DNA of 25,975 nucleotides from a virus (Duplodnaviria > Caudoviricetes): IMG/VR virus record IMGVR_UViG_3300044769_000012, positions 1 through 25,975 of that record; one strand, given 5' to 3'. Positions 9,089 through 17,082 of the stretch are shown one piece after another. The notes below the pieces were generated by a model. That model did no database searches. It had not been told where the DNA came from and was given only the letters and a program-made list of their open reading frames with translations. The number at the start of each line of letters is the position of its first letter. Position 1 is the first letter of the stretch. A program made the position numbers and the translations under genes.

Positions 9089-10608
9089 GCCTGCCTCGCA
9101 AGGAGAGGTCCCCTGATGAAGTAGCTGTGAATTACCTCTTGAATTGCTATGGGGAAGTTCCCAGTTAAGGTCCAAGACAACCTTGTACCCGATAGCGTAA
9201 AATCTACTATCTTGTTCTTGATAGTTCCTGTACCAAGCACACCGAATGATACAGTCAACACCACCGTGTTCCCGAATTCGTTCGACAGTGTCAGCTCTGC
9301 TTGGCCAACGCCAAGGTCCCGGTAAACGAATTGTATCCTTTTCAGAGTTTTGTTCCATGCTGACTGTCCGTAGTCAAACTCTTTACTGGGGCCAAGTACC
9401 CAGGTGTCGTTGATCACCTCACTGTAATCAAGCTCCCCAATCTGGCCATTCGAAAAGCCTAATGTTAGGTTATCTGCACTGATTTGAGAACCTGCAAGAT
9501 TTATGATCCAATTCTGTTGAGCAATCGTACCTACTAGGTCAATGATACGAACACCATGAATTGTCTTAAACCTTCCGACGCTGGTTGCTTTACGCCCAGT
9601 AAAATACTGACGAGTCCAGGCCTGTGTGCCAAAGTCATAGGTCCAGATTGCCCCATTTGGCAGGATCAGCCAATAGGTCAAGAAGTCCCTACCTGCTGTG
9701 CTGTCAGTGATACCTCCCATAACAAGGTCAAAATTACCTTGATAGATATCATTAAGGATCGCCTTTCTCGCCTTATTCCCAATCCGCTGATGGGTCTGTG
9801 CGTCAAACATGTACACATCATCACGACCCACAAAGCAACTGATATTTCCCCATTGAGCCAACGAGTAGGGGCAAATGTTCCCGACACCCTCCTTACTGTA
9901 GTTGATAAACGTAAACGGGTTTAACGCATCAAAGGTCCGATCCGCAAACACAATCCGTTCAGGAAAGTACATCGTCAATCGGTTGGTGAGCACAACCAAG
10001 CCTGTGAGCGGGTCCGTACCCTCAATGATATCTTGGAACCCTGAGCCAACACCCACCCAATCCTGAGGGAAGCTGTCTACCGTGTATCGTATGCGCTGTG
10101 GAAACGGGTTGCCGCCCTCTACCGTAAAGCCAGCGATGACCCGGTTGCCAAACGTCGTGACGAACTTGGCGATTGGTGCGTTAGCATCTTCATCCGTGAA
10201 TGCTCCTGAGACCCCGTCCCAAAGTTTGATCTTATCAACGCCGTTCGCAAATAGGATCATTCCCTGTAGGGACGTGCCTGTATACAGGTTAAGGTCTGTG
10301 GCAGTCAGTGAACCAGTCAACTCCTGCCAGTTTGTCCCGATGTACCCATACGCCTTTGTCTTGGTAGCCAACAAAAAGTGCCGGATACCATCGATGTCAT
10401 ACCCATCAATCTGCCCGTTGATCGCATTGGCGGAGACAGCGGTGAAAAAGGGCTCAGGACGAGTGCGTAGATCTTTCTCAGTACAGAAGAAATTCGCGAT
10501 GTTCTGAAAGTCCTTATCCTCAATCCGCCATGGTGGTAGCTCAAGGTTAACCCCACCGAACGGACAGGCCTGGACTAGTTGTTGTAGACGTGGCTGTCTT
10601 GGCGGCAT
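9085..10608 (-). CDS. Tail nozzle / DNA stabilization protein (P22 gp10- or T7 gp12-like, about 507 aa)
   Basis: PFGGVN near the N-terminus, beta-propeller-like strands (ILFANGVD, GNRVIAG, GVGNICPYS, FVGRDDVYMFD, WTYDF) and C-terminal FDYG...KTLKRI. Start 10608 preferred over 10623. Confidence 0.78.
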   Translation of the reverse strand: MPPRQPRLQQLVQACPFGGVNLELPPWRIEDKDFQNIANFFCTEKDLRTRPEPFFTAVSANAINGQIDGYDIDGIRHFLLATKTKAYGYIGTNWQELTGSLTATDLNLYTGTSLQGMILFANGVDKIKLWDGVSGAFTDEDANAPIAKFVTTFGNRVIAGFTVEGGNPFPQRIRYTVDSFPQDWVGVGSGFQDIIEGTDPLTGLVVLTNRLTMYFPERIVFADRTFDALNPFTFINYSKEGVGNICPYSLAQWGNISCFVGRDDVYMFDAQTHQRIGNKARKAILNDIYQGNFDLVMGGITDSTAGRDFLTYWLILPNGAIWTYDFGTQAWTRQYFTGRKATSVGRFKTIHGVRIIDLVGTIAQQNWIINLAGSQISADNLTLGFSNGQIGELDYSEVINDTWVLGPSKEFDYGQSAWNKTLKRIQFVYRDLGVGQAELTLSNEFGNTVVLTVSFGVLGTGTIKNKIVDFTLSGTRLSWTLTGNFPIAIQEVIHSYFIRGPLLARQA

Positions 10609-10613
10609 ATGAG

Positions 10614-12971
10614 TTAGTACCACATAATGATCTTACCTAAGTTTACGTTTGAACCATTCGCGGCCAAGTTCTTTACTCCGAATGCCACCCCGATCGTCGT
10701 AGAACTTGTCGGTAGATTGGTGGTATGCGTATTGGTCAATACATCATCAATATAAAATGAGTAGGTCCCTGCCGCGAATGAGATCCTAAGGGTGTATACC
10801 GTATCATTTGCGATGGCCACGGTCGTTGCTGTGCGCGTGTTGGCTCCAGCATTTGAGGTGACCGTCCGCCAAAATGCAGTGCCATCCACGCTGGTATCAT
10901 AGCTGAAATAGGCCTGGTTTCTCGCATTCGTCGTTGCGTCAAGAATACTTGGAACTGTACCAACACCGGCATCCGATAATCCAGCTGCGATGCGAACAGA
11001 ACCAGCAACCCCCTGGATGTATAAATGAAGAACAAGCTCACCACCCCAACGAGGTTGAACAATCTGCGCAGTTCCTAAATACCAGCCGCATTCCTGATTG
11101 ATGAGGCCGCCAGTCGCGGCACGAGCAAATGGTCCCTCAGCCCTATCTCCATTGCCAAAAGAGGCACCAGCGGAAGCTGGGTCAAGGGTGGCAAATCCAA
11201 GTGTTCTAGTACTAAACCCTCCACTGGCCAATCCTGGGGTGGCAACGATCTCATGTAGACCCTCAGTGTTAGGTGTATATGTGCCACCACTAGACCCTGA
11301 GGCATGGATGTCCCGCCAAGCATACACATCTGCAACGTCCTTATCACAGGCCTCATAGGTGTCCGCAACACCCGCCCCACCAGCCACAAAGAAGATATAA
11401 CCTCGCTTAGTGGAATCACAGGTTGGCTTTGTACCTGTTAGGATCTGGATGCCGCCATCCTGCGGTAAACGAAACGTGTCGGTAATCGTGGTGCTACCAT
11501 CAGGGTTGGTGCTGAATACCCACCTAGTGCCATGAGCCGAATTCGTGTGGGTCTGTGTCGCCTCAGTAAAGGCGCGTGCCGTCCCAAAGAACCCAGTACC
11601 ATCATGGCCGTTCGACGAGAGACCAAGCATCCAATCACCTGACTGCACCGCCGTCGGAGTCCCAATAGTCCCTCGTGACTTATATGCTCTGAACCCGGCG
11701 GAGTTACCAGGCGGTGCATCAGCATCAGCACGCTGAGAACTGACAACACCATTATGAGTTCCGGAACTCGCGACGCTCAGTCCCTCATCGGTTAGGGCAG
11801 ACTGTACCCCTATTCCAACAAACTTGTTAGTATCATCAAAAATGAAATCAGCATCACCGCCAAAAGCACCAGCGTCATTATACTGTACATTCGTGGTAGC
11901 GCCACCTGGAGATGTACCAGCCGAGATGCAGTCTCCCCAAGACCCGTTTTCATGGCATCTAAACTTGTCAAGAACCGAATCATAATACTGGTCCCCATTC
12001 ACCCCAACTGATGGATCTGCCGTATGTGCACCAACATTAAAGCCAGCGTTGGTGCCGTTCGGATTAAAGGTTTGTTTGATGCCATCTCCCCACAGATTCA
12101 AGAAATCGGTGGCCGCTGCCACAATGCTCGCGTTGGGGAAGGTAACGGTTCGAGTGGTAGCCGCGGTGAAACCATCTACCTCAAATCTAAGTAACTTAGA
12201 GACGTCACTAGATCCCTTAACAATTGGGATGGTGTCTGAGAATGGTGGTGCCGCATCTATCGTGACCGAACCGCCACCATTATTAGTCAAGGTTCCGTCG
12301 GTTACCTTGATATTGATAACCCCAGAAACGTTTGGGGAACCGTCAACCTCCTGAACTGAGAGCGATGAACCTGAGCTTGACCCTGTACCGCCGTTTGCAG
12401 TGGGCAGTACGCCTGACACCGCGGCTGATGAACTCAGGTTCACCGTACCGAAATCAGGTTGGCCGCCCGCTGCTGGGACACGAAAGACCTGGTTAGCCAA
12501 CCCAACGGAACTAGTCTTTATGGGGAGAGTGCCATTGCCCAGTAGCACCGTATTCAACGTAAATGTAGCTGCCCCTGTCCCACCGTTAGGTACGGTAAGC
12601 ACGCCTGCGGTAGCCAATGCGGTAAGTGTGACGTTTAGCAACTTGTATGTCGGGATCGTCCCGCCAGTGAACAAGATGTCTACAACCGAATCACCTACAT
12701 AGAAGTCAACATTCCCAAGGCTGTCAGTGATCATCGGTTGCGACTTGACAACCGTGCCAGTAATGTTATTGTAGACGGTGAATCGTGTACTAGTCCCAGG
12801 AGTATAGACATTGACGTTTACACCTGGGGCTACGTCACCATTGGTCTTCCTGACCTGATAGATAAAGTGCTCGTACGTCGCAGGCCATAGGTTCTCAGGA
12901 AATAACAGAACACAGAGGACCGCAAAGAACGTAATTATCTTGGTGGTAATTTTCCTGTTTCTGTATCCCAT
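10614..12971 (-). CDS. Tail fibre / tailspike-like protein with an N-terminal signal-peptide-like segment (785 aa)
   Basis: SD AGGAGGT before ATG 12971. Virion-attachment-like N-domain (VNVYTPGTST...QPMITDSLGNVDFYV), repeated LxVxNGGTG fibre motifs, VQYNDAGAFGGDADF motif, Gly/Thr-rich body and a beta-sandwich/lectin-like C-terminus. Confidence 0.8.
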   Translation of the reverse strand: MGYRNRKITTKIITFFAVLCVLLFPENLWPATYEHFIYQVRKTNGDVAPGVNVNVYTPGTSTRFTVYNNITGTVVKSQPMITDSLGNVDFYVGDSVVDILFTGGTIPTYKLLNVTLTALATAGVLTVPNGGTGAATFTLNTVLLGNGTLPIKTSSVGLANQVFRVPAAGGQPDFGTVNLSSSAAVSGVLPTANGGTGSSSGSSLSVQEVDGSPNVSGVINIKVTDGTLTNNGGGSVTIDAAPPFSDTIPIVKGSSDVSKLLRFEVDGFTAATTRTVTFPNASIVAAATDFLNLWGDGIKQTFNPNGTNAGFNVGAHTADPSVGVNGDQYYDSVLDKFRCHENGSWGDCISAGTSPGGATTNVQYNDAGAFGGDADFIFDDTNKFVGIGVQSALTDEGLSVASSGTHNGVVSSQRADADAPPGNSAGFRAYKSRGTIGTPTAVQSGDWMLGLSSNGHDGTGFFGTARAFTEATQTHTNSAHGTRWVFSTNPDGSTTITDTFRLPQDGGIQILTGTKPTCDSTKRGYIFFVAGGAGVADTYEACDKDVADVYAWRDIHASGSSGGTYTPNTEGLHEIVATPGLASGGFSTRTLGFATLDPASAGASFGNGDRAEGPFARAATGGLINQECGWYLGTAQIVQPRWGGELVLHLYIQGVAGSVRIAAGLSDAGVGTVPSILDATTNARNQAYFSYDTSVDGTAFWRTVTSNAGANTRTATTVAIANDTVYTLRISFAAGTYSFYIDDVLTNTHTTNLPTSSTTIGVAFGVKNLAANGSNVNLGKIIMWY

Positions 12972-13168
12972 CCGTGATTGACCTCCTGAATTTGAACTAC
13001 ATCCTTTTCCCTGGTCCAATCAAATGATTGTCGCTCACCGGAAAACTTGGTATCTGCCAAATGGATCCCATCTCTTGCAGAAAAAGTTTTGAACACCGTG
13101 ACTGACGACCCACTCGGGAAATACTCCTGAGTGAACACATCATTTGGAAATATCGGTTTAGGAAACAT
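12935..13168 (-). CDS. Hypothetical protein (77 aa) with N-terminal FP/aromatic periodic motif
   Basis: ATG immediately after the stop at 13170; MFPKPIFPNDVFTQEYFPSG. Overlaps the fibre gene start by 37 nt. Confidence 0.6.
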   Translation of the reverse strand: MFPKPIFPNDVFTQEYFPSGSSVTVFKTFSARDGIHLADTKFSGERQSFDWTREKDVVQIQEVNHGWDTETGKLPPR

Positions 13169-13169
13169 G

Positions 13170-13985
13170 TTACACCGGTAGATTGAGTACGACAGTATTT
13201 CTGTTACCAAGACCATCATTCACGCAGGTAATACGGATGGTACCTGGGTTATTCATCGCCTCCATAGTGATTGAACCAGAACCGACGCCTGCCAAGACAC
13301 CAGCAAGTGCCGCTCCAAGTGCTGACAAACACTGACGGGCATTAACCCCAGTCTCAACGACTACCTGGTCAAGACCATCGGCTTGCAATTCGACGCGTCC
13401 AGCCGCATCAGTCAACAGCTTATTCGCTGGCGTAACCAATACCGGCAAATTGTCCTTGAGCAACTGACCATAAGAACCAGCTGTACGTGCCTCAGCCGTG
13501 AGCTCATCATAAAATGCGTTGACAAGTGCAACCAGTTGTGCAGCGGCAACCTCAACCTGACCCGCGTTAAGCTGAAGTTCTCCAGCGCCCACACCGTCCT
13601 TGATGGTGACCACCGGGTAGCCAGCCGTGTCTTCTGCTGGAACAGTAGTGCCGTTCCACTGACCAACATTAACACGGATGTCTCCCAGTGACTCAGGGTA
13701 GAGATTAAGAACTGGGATGATCGCATTAACTGAGGTAGTCTTAACGATCACCATCGTATGATCAGCATTCATCTCAGCAGCGGTCAAATCCAAGAAGTAT
13801 GTGCCTGACGCACCAATCTCAGTCGCCTCATTGGTGCAGTCAGCATAACCAGCACCATCAAGATCAACCTCGGAGTCCAAGCCCGTGGCACCAGTAACCA
13901 GGGCACCAGTCGTGTCACGGATCTCAAAATAAGCGCGGTACGCCACGTTCTTACGAGGGATTGGCATTGCGTCGCCAGCTGCCAT
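13170..13985 (-). CDS. Putative virion structural / fibre-associated protein (271 aa)
   Basis: SD AGGAG. Ig-like beta-rich N-terminus (GTYFLDLTAAEMNAD) and C-terminal DGLGNRNTVVL. Located in the fibre cluster. Confidence 0.65.
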   Translation of the reverse strand: MAAGDAMPIPRKNVAYRAYFEIRDTTGALVTGATGLDSEVDLDGAGYADCTNEATEIGASGTYFLDLTAAEMNADHTMVIVKTTSVNAIIPVLNLYPESLGDIRVNVGQWNGTTVPAEDTAGYPVVTIKDGVGAGELQLNAGQVEVAAAQLVALVNAFYDELTAEARTAGSYGQLLKDNLPVLVTPANKLLTDAAGRVELQADGLDQVVVETGVNARQCLSALGAALAGVLAGVGSGSITMEAMNNPGTIRITCVNDGLGNRNTVVLNLPV

Positions 13986-13994
13986 GGTATTCTC

Positions 13995-14432
13995 CTATAA
14001 GGCCTGAAGAAAGTACTCTAACGTGATGCCCTCACCAATACCAATGTTGAAGGCCGACGAATCCCCGTTTTCATCAAGATGAACTGCTCTAGCTGCCATG
14101 TTACCACCGGCCGCCGCGTCAAAGACGCCGAGCTCAAAAATGCTGAAGGCAGACGCCGCGATGAATTGGACCGTCAGGTGTAGTGTGTCTGCCGTCACCT
14201 GGGTTGTCTCAATAACTGCCGTTGCAAGGAACCGAAGAACCTCAGCAAACAATGCTGTCTGTGTGCGAGCCGGGATCGTATCATCAGTCCCAATCGCGAG
14301 ATAATTAAAGGCGCTTAAAGGAACGCCATTCCAAGCAGACACAGACAACCGGCGCAGGACGTCCGTCTCTTGGTTCTTAACAATCCAAGTGCCCTTCTTG
14401 GTGGTAATCTTGAACCAACCATTGTAGTGCAT
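13995..14432 (-). CDS. Putative tail-fibre-associated structural protein (145 aa)
   Basis: Motifs YLAIGTDDT.P...QTALFAEV.R and IFELGVFDAAAGGNM, reminiscent of fibre N-terminal attachment domains. Confidence 0.65.
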   Translation of the reverse strand: MHYNGWFKITTKKGTWIVKNQETDVLRRLSVSAWNGVPLSAFNYLAIGTDDTIPARTQTALFAEVLRFLATAVIETTQVTADTLHLTVQFIAASAFSIFELGVFDAAAGGNMAARAVHLDENGDSSAFNIGIGEGITLEYFLQAL

Positions 14433-14433
14433 G

Positions 14434-15063
14434 TTAAGCCTTCATGATAAACGCGAGGGCAAAGTAGACCGGGATATTGGGCTGATTGTCCGAGAAGTCA
14501 GTGTGGTTATGTGCCGCGGTGGCCACGTTTACAGTCGGTACTGTCACATCCACCGTCACCACGGTAGATGCGGGGGTCATGGGCCCCATCACGTGTGCAT
14601 GGGTGTCTGAGCCTGCAATGACCCCAGGATCTACACCTGCCGCTGCGCCACGAACAAATCGGTCACGAAGGTCAGGCGTACCTGCCGTCCCGTCACAAAG
14701 CTTATAGCCATCCGGGATATCGGCAATAAGGCCTGACCACATGATGATGCCGCCCTGCGGCACGCCAAAGGAGACGTCATCCCATGTAGCCCCGTTATCC
14801 CGGGACACGGCACCAGTAGTTGAGTTAATCCAAAGAGCGCCAGGCGCATCAGGGTTATTGGCAGGTGGAGCACCCTGATAGAACGGTCTCGCTGAACCCT
14901 GACGGTGATATCCAGTCGTTGGAGCATCCGTGATCGGAAAGAAATGTTCAAGATCAATCCGCTCACGAATCTGCAGCTTAAAGTCCCGGATATCATCACC
15001 GAGCTGGCTCGCAAGATCAGTATCCGCTGGATCGTTCTCATTCCATGGCTGACTAAATGGCAT
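14434..15063 (-). CDS. Short tail fibre / tail-collar domain protein (209 aa)
   Basis: Classic collar motif GGIIMWSGLIADIPDGYKLCDGTAGTPDLRDRFVRGA, C-terminal NIPVYFALAFIMK and N-terminal GDDIR motif. Confidence 0.85.
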   Translation of the reverse strand: MPFSQPWNENDPADTDLASQLGDDIRDFKLQIRERIDLEHFFPITDAPTTGYHRQGSARPFYQGAPPANNPDAPGALWINSTTGAVSRDNGATWDDVSFGVPQGGIIMWSGLIADIPDGYKLCDGTAGTPDLRDRFVRGAAAGVDPGVIAGSDTHAHVMGPMTPASTVVTVDVTVPTVNVATAAHNHTDFSDNQPNIPVYFALAFIMKA

Positions 15064-15066
15064 GTT

Positions 15067-15228
15067 CTAACCCTTCTTCTTTGGCGCATTGGGCCGTGAG
15101 TGCTTTCTTGCCTCACGCTGGATTGAGTACGCGATCGCTACCGCCTGCTTTTGTGGCTTATCAGCATGCATCTCAGCCGCCACATTCTCAGAAAATGCTT
15201 TTTTTGAGGTACTCTTCTTAGTTGGCAT
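15067..15228 (-). CDS. Small basic phage protein (53 aa), not in ORF track
   Basis: Hand translation MPTKKSTSKKAFSENVAAEMHADKPQKQAVAIAYSIQREARKHSRPNAPKKKG. The KPQKQAVAIA pattern recurs in small phage proteins, and the ORF fills the intergenic gap. Confidence 0.85.
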   Translation of the reverse strand: MPTKKSTSKKAFSENVAAEMHADKPQKQAVAIAYSIQREARKHSRPNAPKKKG

Positions 15229-15235
15229 AGATCAC

Positions 15236-15487
15236 CTAGTCATTCAGGCCATCCAAACCATCGTTTAGAACACGATTTTCTAACCAGTGTTGGGGCTCCG
15301 TCTTCCCATCGCTTAAGATCTCAGCAATGCGCTCATACCGATTGAACCCCTCAGGATTGTCCACACAACCACGAATAGTACATAAGAACATACCATTCTG
15401 GAAGACTAACTGAGAGGTCCTCGTCATGATGCCGCATCGATCACAATTGTGCCATGGAACGCCGATCGCCCCAGCCCTGTAAGGCAT
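15236..15487 (-). CDS. Small Cys-rich (CxxC...CxxxxC) putative zinc-binding protein (83 aa)
   Basis: MPYRAGAIGVPWHNCDRCG...GMFLCTIRGCVDNP. Start 15487 directly follows the stop at 15489. Confidence 0.75.
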   Translation of the reverse strand: MPYRAGAIGVPWHNCDRCGIMTRTSQLVFQNGMFLCTIRGCVDNPEGFNRYERIAEILSDGKTEPQHWLENRVLNDGLDGLND

Positions 15488-15488
15488 G

Positions 15489-15593
15489 TTAGTAACCCCC
15501 GTAAGACGATTTCTTGGTGGTCTTCTTTGTATCAGACCCCTTCTTTCCACCTGCCCTGGGTCCCTTATTCACCCCAGGCTTCTTCTTGTTCAT
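15489..15593 (-). CDS. Lys-rich micro-protein (34 aa), not in ORF track
   Basis: Strong SD GAGGAGGT, then MNKKKPGVNKGPRAGGKKGSDTKKTTKKSSYGGY*. The stop lies 1 nt before the next ATG. Confidence 0.72.
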   Translation of the reverse strand: MNKKKPGVNKGPRAGGKKGSDTKKTTKKSSYGGY

Positions 15594-15606
15594 TGGCACC
15601 TCCTCA

Positions 15607-15885
15607 CTATGCGCAGATAATCACCAGCTTACCACTTTGGAGGGTTGGAACAGTAAGACCCTCAACCCAGCCTGGGTCATAAACTGATGACTCGAAGTCA
15701 TTGGCCTCAGACGCCTTCGCATCAAAGATGATGCGTGATCCTGAAGCGTTGGTGACAACGGCCTGATGGCCGACCGTGGTGGCGCTAGTCCACGTAATGC
15801 TGATGATCTTCAACCAGGATAGCCACAGCGGCGTGGCGCCTGGCGTGTCGATCACGAAATGCCGCGGGCCAACTTGGTTAACCAT
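15607..15885 (-). CDS. Hypothetical beta-rich protein, probably structural (92 aa)
   Basis: SD GAGGAG, tight packing with neighbours, and location just downstream of the capsid gene. Confidence 0.7.
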   Translation of the reverse strand: MVNQVGPRHFVIDTPGATPLWLSWLKIISITWTSATTVGHQAVVTNASGSRIIFDAKASEANDFESSVYDPGWVEGLTVPTLQSGKLVIICA

Positions 15886-15888
15886 GCT

Positions 15889-16068
15889 CTACTCCTCTTT
15901 GGACGGTTCAGGTTCCTCAGCCATGATCTGTGCATTGGCTGAATGTACAGGAAAAACGTGCAATTTCGCGCACTTCCCGTCATTTGAAAGTACGAGGGCA
16001 GGATTACCCTCATAATTGATGATCTCCCCTGGTCTGAACGGAAGCTTCTTCGTTGTCGGTTTTGCCAT
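15889..16068 (-). CDS. Hypothetical protein (59 aa), not in ORF track
   Basis: SD GAGGAG, then MAKPTTKKLPFRPGEIINYEGNPALVLSNDGKCAKLHVFPVHSANAQIMAEEPEPSKEE*. Fits the gap better than track ORF 15852..16112. Confidence 0.72.
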   Translation of the reverse strand: MAKPTTKKLPFRPGEIINYEGNPALVLSNDGKCAKLHVFPVHSANAQIMAEEPEPSKEE

Positions 16069-16091
16069 AAAGCACTCTCCTCGATAGAGTA

Positions 16092-16115
16092 AGGGTGGCA
16101 GTTGCCTACCACCCT
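16092..16115 (-). terminator. Stem-loop after the capsid gene (weak terminator or mRNA-stabilising hairpin)
   Basis: Minus strand AGGGTGGTAG-GCAA-CTGCCACCCT: 10-bp stem (one G-U pair) and GNRA tetraloop, 6 nt after the capsid stop. Poor U-tract. Confidence 0.65.
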
Positions 16116-16121
16116 AAGGGT

Positions 16122-17078
16122 TTAGGTCCCTGCGGATCCCCAGGTTCCTGGCCAGTTGGATGCGCCGTCTGAAGAACGATAAAATGCAACGTGCTTCAGT
16201 GACCTGGTGTCGAAGTCGTCGGCAAAATCCTCATCGAGCGGATGACGATCGAAGTGGTTCAACTTGTGGCGAGACTTCTCCGCAAGACCAAACCAAGCCT
16301 TCGTTGACGTCAGGTACCGACCAATAAAGGGTGACAGACCCTTGTTATTGACGACATTGACCGTGTTCTCCGCGGTGTACGGCTTCCACTCGGAACCCAG
16401 AATCTCCTCAATAACCCACCGCAATTCCGGAGGAACCACGATGGTGGTCATCATTGCCTTCACCAACAAACCACGACCATCGATCATGCGCTCACACTGG
16501 TTGATCATCAACTGCAGACCAGAGTAGCTCAGATCAATGTCGGTCCCAGGACGGTTGGGGTAGGTGCCCTGGGTATAGACACCAACACCAACGATCGATG
16601 CTGGAACTGCCACCGTCGCAGGCAGACCACCCAGGAGTGGATGTGCCGCATTGAACAAAGAAACACCGTCCACCGTGATCTGCGTGGTGAACCCAAGGTT
16701 AAATACGTTCCAGGCGTTGGTCTCCTTGGTGTGTTGCGCCGTGCGGGCAAAGTTCATCGGAACTTTTTGGATGATGCCATACTGATCATCTTCCAAAAGC
16801 TCAAATGAGTACCGTACACCCTGCCCAAACGTCGAGTGGGTATAACGATACGAACCGCCCTGGATCACGTCGTCATAGTTGATCGGTTGGCCCTCTGGCT
16901 TGGTAGTCATCGGGCCAAGGCCTGCGAATTCAACATCATCCTCGAAGGCCTTGTCAGACGTCGGAGTATTAAAGATCTTATCATACTCCGAGTCCCTTGC
17001 TTCCAGCTGAGTCTGCTGATCCATCAACTCATGGATACCAGGCGCCATCAGCTGGGCATAGTTTCCGCGCGTCATCAT
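16122..17078 (-). CDS. Major capsid protein (HK97 fold, 318 aa)
   Basis: Start moved to MMTRGNYAQLMAPG (SD GGGAGGT). Motifs KPEG..I.YD, ELLEDDQY, DGVSLFNAAHP, IVVPPEL, YLTSTKAWF and final W.G.WGSAG are typical of this capsid class. It follows the scaffold and decoration genes. Confidence 0.9.
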   Translation of the reverse strand: MMTRGNYAQLMAPGIHELMDQQTQLEARDSEYDKIFNTPTSDKAFEDDVEFAGLGPMTTKPEGQPINYDDVIQGGSYRYTHSTFGQGVRYSFELLEDDQYGIIQKVPMNFARTAQHTKETNAWNVFNLGFTTQITVDGVSLFNAAHPLLGGLPATVAVPASIVGVGVYTQGTYPNRPGTDIDLSYSGLQLMINQCERMIDGRGLLVKAMMTTIVVPPELRWVIEEILGSEWKPYTAENTVNVVNNKGLSPFIGRYLTSTKAWFGLAEKSRHKLNHFDRHPLDEDFADDFDTRSLKHVAFYRSSDGASNWPGTWGSAGT

Positions 17079-17082
17079 AGTA

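Noticed and set aside
9089-9358. N-terminal extension of track ORF 8714..9358
   Set aside because: It lies inside the nozzle gene in another frame; the ATGA-coupled start at 9088 is more plausible.
10614-11100. Possible diversity-generating retroelement target at the fibre C-terminus
   Set aside because: I saw no template repeat or reverse transcriptase in the window; one elsewhere in the genome cannot be excluded.
14631-15116. 161-aa alternative-frame ORF
   Set aside because: It overlaps the clear tail-collar gene and the 53-aa gene, and has non-protein-like composition.
15852-16112. Track ORF of 86 aa
   Set aside because: It starts inside the post-capsid hairpin and overlaps the next gene; the 59-aa ORF 15889..16068 has an SD and fits the gap.
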